DNA of 61,027 bases, the filler included, from Streblomastix strix (lineage: Eukaryota): the NCBI GenBank assembly GCA_008636045.1. It is 4 parts of 4 records of this genome, joined end to end, with 100 filler letters (N's around TTAATTAATTAA, not from the genome) between each part and the next. Parts side by side here need not be neighbours in the genome. Positions count along the whole stretch, not along the records: positions 15,284 to 30,466 come from SNRW01001022.1; positions 30,567 to 45,747 come from SNRW01001023.1; 2 more parts are not named here. One strand, written 5' to 3'. Position numbers and translations under genes: made by a program. The notes under the pieces are model-generated. The model was not told where the DNA came from. It searched no databases and saw nothing but the letters and a program-made list of their open reading frames with translations. Shown here in pieces: positions 26,521 through 38,571 of this stretch (positions within the stretch are counted from its first letter, which is position 1; each line of letters begins with the position of its first letter).

Positions 26521-26748
26521 ATGATACCATTAGGAGTTTAAGAATTTATGGTATACAGTTAATTCTTATCGCTATTAGTTTACTAGGCTACAAAATCAGA
26601 CCCCGAAATTGAAATTAGATTCTTATTTCGATAATTTAATAGAAGATTACGAATGAAATAACTAAAGTAAATAGTTAAAATGGGGAAAGAAGATAGCCAA
26701 AAAGCCACCTTAGAGTTAGTATAGTAATTAGAGAATAAAAATAAATGA
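26521..26748 (+). CDS. Small viral protein, EFMVYS/DPEIE family, 75 aa
   Basis: MIPLGVQEFMVYSQFLSLLVYQATKSDPEIEIRFLFRQFNRRLRMKQLKQIVK...-TGA; open frame. Confidence 0.65.
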
Positions 26749-26879
26749 AAAGGCAAATTGCACCAACGAAATAAATTTCAAAAATTTAAGTATATAATTT
26801 TAACCAAAATATATTTATCTTTATATGAGAACATGCACTTCTTAGATAATATGAACATTTAACAAAAATAATAATTTTG

Positions 26880-27506
26880 TCAAATAAAGCCAACAAATTT
26901 TTCTATCAGACAGTTTTGTCTGCTTAATTCCAGCTGGACCTCTTATCAATAAATATCATATTAACTATATTATTATTGTGGTTATTAACGATATTATTAT
27001 TGAGGAAGTTATTCTTATTCTTCTTCACTTGCTTCTTATTCAATTTATTTTGGTTTATGTTTAACTTAATTTAACACCTTCAATTTATTTTTATATTTCT
27101 CATTCTATTTAATTGCTTCAGCGTGCTATTATTTTATAAATTTATTCTCAGTTCGAAATGAAATTAACTCCTCTAAATCTAATTAAGGATTAATATATTT
27201 AACTTGTGGTTATTTTTACACTTTCTTTTTTACAGTTTATGGTTTAATTTATTCCTATTCTTATTCGTCATCAATATAATCGTCACTTGATTCGGAATCA
27301 AATAATTTTTATTTCTATTAGCGGGAGGTTCCTCTTGCTTACATCATTAATTTATTTTAAAAAGCTTAAGTAATTATTATTTGGCCTTTCTTTCCATCCT
27401 CGAAGCACTTAATTTGTTTCTTATCTCGAATAAAATATTCACCATCAAAATGTTCAGTATTTGTTCCATTCTCTATCATAAATTTAAACGCTTGTGATTT
27501 GTCCAT
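26880..27506 (-). pseudogene. Hypothetical Q/E/K-rich viral protein
   Basis: MDKSQAFKFMIENG... open for ~185 codons under TAR=Gln. Confidence 0.45.
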
Positions 27507-27537
27507 TTAATAATTAACAAACATTTATCGAATTTAA

Positions 27538-28320
27538 ATGTTACGCGGAGTTGAACGAAATTAATTGCGACTCTCTAAAAGTAAGAAGTAAATGAATGAA
27601 CTGACTTACTCAAATAATTAATAAAGATTACAATAAATAAATAGTTTAATATCAAAAGCAATTTAAAATGAAGCAAGTTAGCCCAACATTTATTCAGAAC
27701 ATTAATCATAACGATAGTTCAATAAAAATAAGTACACTGATGCCGATAGGATAACTATTTAAGTAACCCCATAGGAAGTAATTGGTAAATTAGCCCAACC
27801 AATTATTTAGCCAATACTGACTTCGTCAGCGGCATAAATGCTAGCTCAACCGATAGTCCAGCCATTAGCTCAATCGATAATTGTGGACAATCATTTAAAC
27901 GCTTATTTATACCATTCTAATCTGGAAGTTATGAAGTTTGTAGTTGATTGTATATGGCGAATTGTTACACAAAGAAACAAAGGTGAAGATTTTATTTTAT
28001 CGTCGGATAATTTTATTAAATTTTAATCTATAGTAACGTAAGTGACGGAAGATGATATTGAAATTGTACTGGAGGAATCTATTATTGCAACACAATCATG
28101 CCTTAGTAAATAATATAAGAAGAAGGAAACTGTTAGAGTAATTGACGTACTGATAAAAAATGTTTCGATTAACTCTACGGATAATGTGCTCTGGAATAGC
28201 GTAGAAAAAATATATAGAATTAATAAAGATCTAGTTTGACTAAGTGAGGTTTCAGCAACTGATCTTGGCCCAACTGAATTTGGAACATTAATTATTTTTG
28301 CAATTAATTTAAATGGATGA
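27538..28320 (+). pseudogene. Conserved hypothetical viral protein (homologue of 4494-5160)
   Basis: LAQPIxQP repeats followed by the FILS...SCLSK...DLG segment; one internal TGA at 28238. Confidence 0.6.
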
Positions 28321-29359
28321 CCTTGAACTTCCTACCTAAGAATAATTATAAGCGATGAAAGATGAACTAGATAAAATAAGAGAAATTGATAATGAATAAA
28401 AATAATTCAAATAATTACGTAAAAAATTAACTTCCTTTATTGAAAAATAAATAATTAAGTGCTTTACTTACTTCAGTTAATATATTAGGAAATCAACAGA
28501 TATTGATTTTTCAAATTTAATGACTTTAGATACTAATCAAATAGTAACAGTATACAAATTATTTACACAATCAATATAAGCAGATAAATTTATCAAAATT
28601 AATAGAACATCAAGCAAATTACTTCTAGCTAATGGATCAGTATCATATATTGATTAATTATTACCAAAACAGTATTACGATGCGATGGGTTAATTGATTA
28701 TTGAAACAAGTGATACTATATTAGATTAAGGTATTAGAATAATGAAAAATAAAGCAAATTGGGATAGTTTTATACTCACTGGCTGTAATGCTGACCCTAT
28801 GAATAGAGATTGGGTATGGAAAGTTGGTTCTACTTCATCATAATTTAGAATATAAAAATAAAAAGATTAAGTTTAAGATTATAAAGGTATCATTATTGAT
28901 TTCGATTGTTCTACATTAAAATTTAATAATTAAATTATAGCACCTCTCCCCGTCCCTCCTATTGATTATGCCACTTAATAAGCAATTGCTTATGGAATAT
29001 TTGAATAACGAATATGGGGTACATTAACAACTTAAAATGATAGAATATATTTATCAATGTAAATAACTCACAATGATCCTAATACATTAACAGAATCAGA
29101 ATATATAATGTTTTCAATAGTTAATGATGCAATAAAACCAAAATTTATAGGAACACCTAGAAACATACCTGTAAATGCTGCTATGTTTGCGTTAAAAGTA
29201 TTATGTTATCTGATACGTTGGAATGGTGCTATTCCTATTGATTGTTTTATTAATCCTAACTGTAATGTTATAATTAATACATAGTGTTAGATTCATTTAT
29301 CGGATAACTTTTGTGTTTAGTTTTGTGATTCTTATGTTTTTCATAACTAATCATGCTGA
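28313..29359 (+). pseudogene. Fibre/spike-like protein
   Basis: DFSNLMTLDTNQIVT...ADKFIKINRTSSKLLLANGS shares the shaft motif of the element A fibre; different C-terminal head. Confidence 0.65.
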
Positions 29360-29399
29360 TTAAATTTGTGATGGTTAATTTCACCTCATGAATGAATTT

Positions 29400-29695
29400 A
29401 TAAGGCTAGTTTATTAAGCTAATTATAGCTCTAATTTAGGGTCAGATTAAAGGCAGATTGCATCAACGAAATAAATTTCAAAAATAGTTTACGTTTGTTC
29501 GGAATATTAATTACATCGCAAATTTAGCAAATTCATACCAACGCTTAAATTTCGGCGATCAAATTTTACACTAATTATTGGGCTAATTTAATAAGCTAAT
29601 TATAGCTAAAATTTAGGGTCAAAGAAAAGGTAAATAGTACCAACGAAATAAATTTCAAAAATAGTTTAAGTTTGACCGGAATATTAATTACAACG
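29400..29695. repeat. Two ~100-bp direct repeats, period ~176 bp
   Basis: AAGCTAATTATAGCT..AATTTAGGGTCA...CAACGAAATAAATTTCAAAAATAGTTTA.GTTTG..CGGAATATTAATTACA occurs twice. Confidence 0.8.
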
Positions 29696-29715
29696 TCTAT
29701 TCAGGTTAATTTTAT

Positions 29716-30466
29716 TCAATTTTATCGCTTTAATATATCGAATATATTTAATGATTTGTTTATTATGATAAACTCATATTTCTAAAGGCTGTTATAAATA
29801 ATGATAAATTCCTATTCATTTAATTCCTAAACATTATTTTCCTCATATATTCATTTTAATTCTTATTCTGATATGTTAGCCCCCAACTGCAATCATATGG
29901 CATAATACACGGGCTGATTTAGACAAATAACTTAGTCTTTACGCACAGAAGAATATGGAATTTTTACTATGTCGGCTATCACTAACCAAATGTGTGATTG
30001 ATCTAGCCAGCTCACTAGTGTATCATTAAATGTCCGTATTTGACCCATTGTCATCAAATTTCATTAATGTGGAAAGTAATGAAGAGCTACTCAATATAGG
30101 TATTTTTTTAGAATTCTTATTCCCCATCTTGTTCTATTACTTTCAAACTTTTAGAATATTTAACCCCCTAGATTATGGGTGGAAAATAGAAGCGCATAAT
30201 TGTTGTAGGCTAACTAAATTCGTTAATTATTTTTATACATTCAATTTGAAATATATCCCGTAATCTATGTTATTATTATTTATCTGTTTCATCTCTTTAT
30301 CGTTTATTATTTTCGACTATTGATTCTTTCATTCTAGTTATATAATCTGAATCATATCTAATATCTCGTTCTTTTAACTTCCAATTCGTATAAATTTCTT
30401 TAACTTTATATTTAATTTCGTCGAATTAAGGTAGAAAAGATTATGCTTCTGAGTAAATTATATTAA
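29716..30466 (-). pseudogene. A32-like packaging ATPase, C-terminal part
   Basis: STLMKFDD (Walker B), SDSRHSKNSIFFCAQRLSYLSKSAR; Walker A not seen before the contig end; internal TGAs. Confidence 0.75.
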
Positions 30467-30566
30467 NNNNNNNNNNNNNNNNNNNNNNNNNNNNNNNNNN
30501 NNNNNNNNNNTTAATTAATTAANNNNNNNNNNNNNNNNNNNNNNNNNNNNNNNNNNNNNNNNNNNN
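30467..30566. other. Artificial contig spacer
   Basis: N44-TTAATTAATTAA-N44. Confidence 0.98.
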
Positions 30567-30599
30567 CGGTGGATTCAATCGTTAGAAATTCAACTTATT

Positions 30600-31815
30600 T
30601 TACTACTAATCTTCTATACCATTCGATAAAGATAAGGTATGGGAATAGTATATATAATTAACAAAGAGATAAGCCTTAATTAGGATATGTCTCCCGAACC
30701 AGACCAAGAGTTTAAGAAACAGATTACTATGGAAATAAGGGGATAGTGCTACCATATGAAACATATCAGAAGACAATAGGACCGTAATTAACATTTAATT
30801 AAGAACTCAAACTTAATAAAGATTATTAGAAAGTTAGATAATAGGCATCAGATAAAAGAAATGAACTCGTAGCACAATCGAGGTAATAATCATATGCTCC
30901 TCTAATGGATTTGATAGGTAGGAATAAAGATATTCAATTCAAGAAAATGTGGTCAAATTAGCCATCATTTGAAGAATGGCGGAAGCATAAAAAGGATACA
31001 GATAAAATAAAATATACAGAATGGAAAGGAGTGGAAGAAGATATTAATGGTGATAAATTTCCAGAGTTTGTTGTTCGAGATGATAGAGGATTTATTCAAT
31101 CAGCTGATGGACTTAGAATTACAGTTCCAATTAAGCGTCAAAGAGTAACTAAATATTTTACTTAAAATCCAACTAAAGAAGCCCGTTAAGAGAAGCATTA
31201 TAAGGCATGGAAAGAAGAAGATAAACCAGCTGATGGTTATAGGCATTTCATCAAACACTATCTATCCCCATTCCTTAAAGAGCGCGGTTATACTGTTGCA
31301 TAAGTATATTCAGTCATTGGGGGTGGAATATGGAAAGGTGTTATTGCTCCATGGGTATTGTAATATTATGATTAGTCATATTAAGAATAATCATTTATTG
31401 GAGGAAATGGTACTTCAATAGCAATATATATAAGAAATTGAGTAAAGCAATAAAATAAGCATATGATCAATATTTCATAACTGGTCAAACTGAATAAAGA
31501 GATAATTAAATGATGAGACTGATATAAATAGGTTATGCGGCATTTTGTAATAGACAATTAGGTGAAATTCCTGACACTACAATTGATGATGGAGATGAGA
31601 TATTTACTATTCCAACAGAATAAGCTATTAAATAGGCAAAATAGAAAAGAGATGAGAAGAGAGAGAGAGAATATGAATAATATAATAATGCTATGGCAAA
31701 AATAAAAGCAAGGAAAAAGCCAACATTTAGTGAAGGGAAGACATTAGAAAATGCTAGACTAGTACCATATGACTTCTAAGGTGATTTATATGATTATATT
31801 ATTGAGAATGAGTGA
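30600..31815 (+). pseudogene. Hypothetical viral protein (homologue of 3340-4397)
   Basis: EWKGVEEDINGDKFPEFVVRDDRGFIQSADG; frameshifts. Confidence 0.55.
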
Positions 31816-31841
31816 AAATTATTGTTTTTGCTTTCATTAAA

Positions 31842-32132
31842 ATGAAATTTATAAGCTGGAATCTTGTTCACGTAGATAAATAAGGTAGAATAGAATTAAT
31901 TGGTAACATAGGTTCCGATAATTTCAATGAAATATAGATATCAAAGTTCTGTTTACTCTTAAGATAAGATTAATTATATGAGTATAGTGAAAAAATTAAA
32001 AATATTTGTGGAGAAGAACTGAACAATTACATTGATGAAATGTAAAAAGTTAGTGAAAAATAACAGAAATTACGTGAATAATGCATAATAGATTGGCGTT
32101 AATTTTAAAAATAACTGTTGGGAGAAGATTGA
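31842..32132 (+). CDS. Hypothetical 96-aa protein, probably viral
   Basis: Open ATG..TGA frame, intronless, adjacent to a viral ORF. Confidence 0.45.
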
Positions 32133-32139
32133 TTTATTT

Positions 32140-32480
32140 TTGTGTTGGTTGTGGGGATTATGATTCCAATTATTAGGTTAAAATCAGTTGTTGAGATTTA
32201 AGTAAAACCGCCTATGTATTTATCATGTAACGTGACATAAATGAAGTCATTTTGATGTGTTAATGATGATGGTTATTTGATGTGGACAAACGATTTCCAA
32301 TTAGCGCGGCAGAACTAGTGCTCTCAGTTGCAGAGATTTAAGTAAAATTGTCCATGACTAATTAGTGCTCACTGATGTGGATAATTAACTAAAACCGCCT
32401 ATGTCATTTGATTTGTGAAAATGATTGATTTTGTGTTGATGATGATAGTCATTTGGCAGGGACGAATGAGGGCAAATTCA
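32140..32480. repeat. Degenerate direct repeats, likely the subterminal region of a viral element
   Basis: TCAGTTG..GAGATTTAAGTAAAA x2, AAAACCGCCTATGT x2, TGTGTT.ATGATGAT.GT.ATTTG x2. Confidence 0.55.
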
Positions 32481-32788
32481 TACGAAAAATCATAGATTCC
32501 AAAATTTTTATACATTATCTCTAATAAAACAATTTTATTACCAAGTATTGAAATGTTCTTGATTAATTATTAACATTTAACCTATCCTTTTATATAAAGA
32601 TTAGAATTTCTCATTCATCCTGTTCTGCTCCTTCTAACATATTATTTGCACGAATATTAGATTATAATTAACATTTCATTTCAATATTTGCATACTATAT
32701 AATAGTCAATTAATTTTGTTTCAAATTTCAACAGTATTTTTTAAATTACTTTATATTTTCTTATTTTTAAATTACAGAACTTTCTACA

Positions 32789-33307
32789 ATGTTTAATATA
32801 GAATACGGTGATATTAGTGATGAAGATCACAATAGCACTGAAGAAGAAGATGATTATATTTCACCAGAAGATATGAATCACATTCTTGAGCTTTTAAAAG
32901 AAAGATAGGAAAAAGCAAAAATTAGTTTGAAATCTGTTTATGAGGGAGTGTCCAACCTATCTTTGTGCATTAGGGCATTGATCAAACAAAAAAGGGAATC
33001 TGGATCAACATCATTTGATATTGGCCAATATGCAGTAATTGCTGGATTTGCAAACACAGTTAGTATAAACCTGAAAAACACCCATAGTAGAGTGAGCATA
33101 TAATGGCCTACTAAAGAACGTGATCAAATACCATTAGCATTAACAATAATAAGCATAGGGGCGAATTATAACAGTGTTCTGAAATTGCTTGATAGTTGTC
33201 GTAGTTTAGAAGGAGTTGTAGAGAGCTTTGGAGAAGAAAATTTTAATAATCTTACAGATTCCAACAAAAAACTTGAAGAATTTGTAGTGAAAGAAGAAGC
33301 GTAATGA
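32789..33307 (+). CDS. Hypothetical protein, 172 aa (possibly the last exon of a longer gene)
   Basis: Open frame to TGA; preceded by a pyrimidine tract and ACAG acceptor at 32777. Confidence 0.45.
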
Positions 33308-33967
33308 AAATCGCACATTTTCACTTTAAACAGGCGAACTTTACTCGATCCATTAAGTTAAACAACTTTTTATAGTAATAATAAAAATGCTAAGCAAATT
33401 ATTCTTAGAATATTCGAATGATAATATGTTTTAATTATTAATTGAATTTATTTTTAAGACATTTAATAATATAGAAAATAATTTAAATGATTTACTAGAT
33501 CAAATTGAACATACTTTACTGAATATTATAGAGATTATAGAAAAATAAATTTTTGATATATAAGCAGTACAAAATGGAGCAGTTTGTGAATACTAACAAA
33601 TTCTTCTCAATGAAATAAAAGCATCGAAATTAATAAATTAAGTAGAATAAATAGGGTAATTGTAAAACTTCCTGAAAGTAAAACAACCTACTGAATGTAT
33701 ATTTTCTGATATAAGATAATTTAACTATATAATTTATTTATGCACGTCATTTTATAAAATCGTTTAATGAAATTTTTTTCAAAATTTTTGTATAGGACAT
33801 AAAATATATTTCAAATTTTTTTAATTTAAATAAAAATTAAATTTATTTTTAATAAATTATTATAAAATTAATTTAAAATTTTTAAAATATTATAAAATTT
33901 AACTAAATTATTAAATTTAATGTAATATTTAACTTCTTTTTTGAAAATACCCCATAATAATATCGAA

Positions 33968-34528
33968 ATGCCTCGTCAAATTCAAAATTAGATGATCATT
34001 ACAGAAATCAAATTATTGCATATTCAAGGAAAATTATCTTGCTCACCTTTTACGTTACAACTTGCATGGGAATTACTCGTTACGCGTGGCTATGAGCGCG
34101 CAAATATTCTTTCCAAAGGCCTTGTTTCTCGATGGCAAATAGATCATGCTGCAGATGTTCATAATCACCATCGTACTTTAGGTCATGTGGGGAGACCATC
34201 AGAATTATGGGAAGTGGAAGAGATATCTCTACACGAATGGATCTCGAGAAAAATAAAATTTAAACAGTACCCAACTCGTCCTGAGATTTAAGATAATGCA
34301 TAAAGTTTAATTGATCAAAATCAAAAAAAAAGAAAAGATAATCAAAAAGCAGCATTATCAAAAGATTAGGCTGATCATTATATTGACAGAAGTAAATTGT
34401 ATAAAGTATTAGAAGATCATCTTCTGGACATAAAGCGTCTTTACGCGAGTACATAATCGAATTTAAAGCCTTTTTATGAGTATTTTGAGAGTATTCTGAG
34501 TAGGTATGATATCGAGAATATCTGGAAT
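33968..34528 (+). pseudogene. pogo/Fot1 (CENP-B-like) transposase N-terminal DNA-binding region, truncated before the DDE domain
   Basis: GRPSELWEVEEISLHEWI...PTRPEIQDNAQSLI...LDIKRLYA...FYEYF...YDIENIWN, ending where NxDE would follow. Confidence 0.65.
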
Positions 34529-35914
34529 ATATATTATTTGAATCAAGATTATTTAGATATATATCATGGTATGAAATCCTCTGTAAATAAGAAACACTAT
34601 GAATAATCTATGAATCCTAACGGTATTTATAAATTTATTGAGATAACTGAGATTCCAATTATAAAAATCAACTTCAGTACTACTGTCCACAATAGATATA
34701 CTAATGAATAGAATTTTCAAGGATATTAGCATACTCCCCTAATAATGAGTATTACTTCAGCATAATAAAAGTAGTTCGTAAATGCTTAAAAAATAGTACT
34801 TTAGAACCAAGAATACTAGTAATTCAGGTGCTATTTGCTTTAAAATTGCTGTTAATGAGTACAAATAGAAATTATCAAATGGAAAATACTCACTGAGCAT
34901 TAATGATGGCTCTGATATAATGTCTTCTGCAATAAATTTATTTAATATTCTCATAGATTCATTTCTTTATAAGTATTTTATGCTTAGTACCAACTCTATT
35001 GGTGACAACGAAGTTGCTACTGGTTGCTTCTATTGATTAATTGGTATCATTCGTTTATATTATCCTACGATAAATAACTTTATAACAACTATAGAGCCAT
35101 TCTTAACTACAACTACAGTTCATTCAGTAAAAAAATGATATTTACATGGGAAATAATATATTTTCAATGATAATAATACGATATAAAAAGTAATAGCTTT
35201 ATCAATGAATATCAAATAAACTTCAATGTAATCTATCTTTAACAGTATTTATACCTATCCAGTAAGAATTATATCTTCATTTCCCGGTTAGAATTCAAAT
35301 GATTGGGATTTTATATATATACTGCGATTAAAAGACTTCAATATTATGGATAGTATATTCCTGATGCATTAACTCAGTTTTCAACTATGAATTATCATGC
35401 TAGTCCTTAGGTTCTATGGTAACCAAGGAAATTAACTCTATCTCCAAATTTATTCTTATAATTTACAGGTGCTTTAGATTTATATGATGGATTATCTGAT
35501 AATTCTGCCAATCATATCGTAAATAATGGTTCTTCAATAAAATTTATTGACTTTGAAACTTGATATTTTAAATCTCAAAATGATTCTTAAAGTTTAATTG
35601 TAGATATGCCAATTCTATATTCATTTATTGGAAATTTCCAATAATATCATCAGATGTTAATCATAACTGTATCTAACTAATTATAAGGTATAACTTTTTT
35701 TTAAAAAATTTGAGGATAAGGCTTCTCAAATGTATGTTATAAGTAAAATCTTATCGGAGATCCAGTATTATGGGGCTAAAATATGTAATCTTAAGAATTT
35801 ATGATAATCAAAAATAAAGCTGTTATCTTCACTGTATGATAATTATGGAAGAAAAATAATTAATTAACTTATGAAAATGTATAATAATTTATTATTTGAA
35901 ATTCAGACATAATG
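34529..35914 (+). pseudogene. Long penton-like viral gene (paralogue of 22248-23690), 5'-truncated
   Basis: YYLNQDYLDI...IPIIKINF...FQGYQHTP...LYDNYGRKI; frameshifts and TGAs. Confidence 0.6.
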
Positions 35915-35943
35915 AGAAAACTAATTTTATAAACCGAACTTAA

Positions 35944-37078
35944 AGGACCTCGAGCCCCAAGCCTCGATGCACATCGAATTCTTTATTTTTGACTAACTTA
36001 ATATATACATATATAATTGGATCATTAATAATTATTAATTTTGCAAAGGAAATTATTTGAATTTCCTTTGTTTATAATTATTAAAAATAATTTTAACATG
36101 CATATTTTATTTTTCCATGCTCATTCACTTCTAATCATAGTTCCACTAACTTCACCAATAATTTCAAAGTTTAAAACCTATGGATCAGGAGCATCATCAA
36201 AAGTAAATCTAATGATTGCATTACTGAAATAGTGCATCTAAGGAGTTATTTAAGCAATTTATGAAGTAGGATACACTCTTGTCGCAATAAAATGTTCTGT
36301 AATCAATTGCAATAATTATAAAATATAAAGAAAATGGTTGATGAAAAAGATTATAAAAATAAGCTATTTAATGAATAAGATAAGTTCTTCAAAAATAAAT
36401 TCCTATTAATCAAAAAGTCATTAGTTCTAAACAATAAACCAAAACAAATAAAGAAGCACATTATATCAGAGGTAGTTCGAGTTTTATCAAGATTTTACGC
36501 TAAAAAATTTAAATATTTCATAATCATGGAAATTTATAAAGAAGTTATTGAATTGGCATTCGTTTTTTATCAAAAATAATCTCATTTCGAATAGTTTTCA
36601 TCGAATATTTAACTATAAATCTAATTTTCCTACTAATTTTCCAACTGTACCCATAATTAGAACAATTCATAGATGCAAAATATTTACTGGACCACTTAAT
36701 CCACCCAATACTTTATGAACCATACGGGATAACCAACTTACAGTTATCTTAACACATGTTAGAATTTTTGATCAAAATTTTTCAGTCCAGAGTTGAATCC
36801 CATGCTTATTTACTTAAATATTAAAAATCTATACATAATTTTTATGTAATTACCAAATAAAAGCTATCTTGAGTTCCTCTGTAAGTCTCTATATATATAT
36901 AAACTAAATAAATTAAGAATTTGCCAAAGTTATCGATAATTTACTTGATAATGGAATTAGACGGAAAATAATGGAATTTAATTATTAATAATTGAATTGA
37001 AAAATAATATAAAAAGTTTTTTAGAAGCGTTAATTAGGATAAAGTTGAGGTGTCTCGGGGTTCAGGGCTCGAGGTCTT
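35944..37078. mobile_element. Non-autonomous TIR element (TTAA|AGG..., Kolobok-like) enclosing viral gene fragments
   Basis: Left TTAA|AGGACCTCGAGCCCCAAGCCTCGATGCAC; right GTGTCTCGGGGTTCAGGGCTCGAGGTCTT|TTAT. Confidence 0.5.
36598..36803 (-). pseudogene. pVI-like amphipathic viral protein
   Basis: MGFNSGLKNF(fs)SKILTCVKITVSWLSRMVHKVLGGLSGPV...IMGTVGKLVGKLD. Confidence 0.5.
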
Positions 37079-37339
37079 TTATGTTTAATAATTTTGAATT
37101 TTTAAAAATGATATGCTATAAGTAATATGCTGTAAGATATATATTCTTAGGAATAGTAATTTAGTTTAGGAAATAATTAGATTATGTAACGACATTAGCT
37201 ATATTATCTGACATCTCTACTTCAGATTATAAACTCTTAGTTTTACTCATCTTTCCTTTCTTAAGCATTTTCTTAATTTATTTGATTAATAACTTTGGTA
37301 AATATTTTAAATATATTTACAAAGAAACTCAATTTTCTA

Positions 37340-37690
37340 ATGTCTTGGGATATATTTATAACAATTTCTTCTTGTTTATTACATGTTGTATAGATTATTA
37401 ATATCTATAGAAAAAATAATTAAAAACCATAGGTTTACTGACTACATCAGAGCAAAGCCTGTAGATCTACGAATTTCAGAAAATTTTGCGTATTTTATAA
37501 ATTTTTAAAGAATACGCATATAACAGTAGAAGAATTTCTTGTTTATTCTAATTTTTTAAGTTCATTATTATGTGTTGCAACTAAATCAGATCCAGAAATT
37601 GAACTTAAATTTCACTTAAAATAGTCCAATAAACGTCTTATGATGGAATAACTCAAAAAAATCATTGGAATTGCTTAGGATATTGGTGGA
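37340..37690 (+). pseudogene. Small viral protein, EFMVYS/DPEIE family (third copy)
   Basis: VEEFLVYSNFLSSLLCVATKSDPEIELKFHLKQSNKRLMMEQLKKII. Confidence 0.6.
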
Positions 37691-38571
37691 TAATAAACTT
37701 CATTACTTAACCCAGGAGAGAATCAAAATAATCACCTATTATTTTATGCAATCCGCAATCCTACGAATCCTTGAATAACGTATATAACTCCTTTGATGCC
37801 TCTTCTTTGTGATGCGACTGTTAGATTAACACTTGATGTTGCATCTGATTCGTAATTTCTCAGTTTAGAAGTAATTGGAGAAATTTTAGACGACCAGCCA
37901 TTGAAAAGTACGCATTCATTTTCAAATACAAAGTTTTTTTAATGAATGTAATTTTACTACAATTACAATTTTCGATAGCTTTCCGATCTGTAATTGGATA
38001 AATCAAGTATTTCACCAGTATTTTTTATCTAAATGTAAAGTATAATGTATAATTAAAACATATATTTATTGTATTACAACATAAAGCTCAATATCATATT
38101 TCTCTAACCACTATTGCATCTGCAAATTTATATTACAGTAAATTGCTCCATTCATCGCTAACAAGATTATACTTGCCTATTTTTATTCACAAACAGTACA
38201 AACATTTTTATTTAAATAGCATGTATTCAGAATTATATATTTTAACTCCACTCTAAAGAAACTTAATAAAAAATTTAGAAAGAATTAAAAACAAAATGAT
38301 TATTTTTCATTTTGCTTATTTATTTGGTTAAAAAAATTAAAAATTTCACATGAAAAATTATATTAATTTAATACATTATATTCTCAATTAATAAATTATC
38401 TGAATTATAATGATTGTAAATAAAAAATATAAAAATTAAGCATAAACATATCGTTGTAATAACAATCTTTTTTAAATTGAATAATTTTCATTTATATTAT
38501 AATTATATTAATTAATTTTATATACGATATAATAAAATTTCATTATTCTTTTATTTTTTCCACAGATAATC

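Larger units (their letters stand above)
20870..30466. mobile_element. Endogenous Polinton/Maverick-like virus, element B (partial)
   Basis: Two HNH genes, penton-like gene, rve integrase, fibre and A32 ATPase; partial synteny with element A; runs off the contig end. Confidence 0.8.

Noticed and set aside
37690..38250. Minus-strand coding-like fragment
   Set aside because: Interrupted by TGAs and has no recognisable domain.
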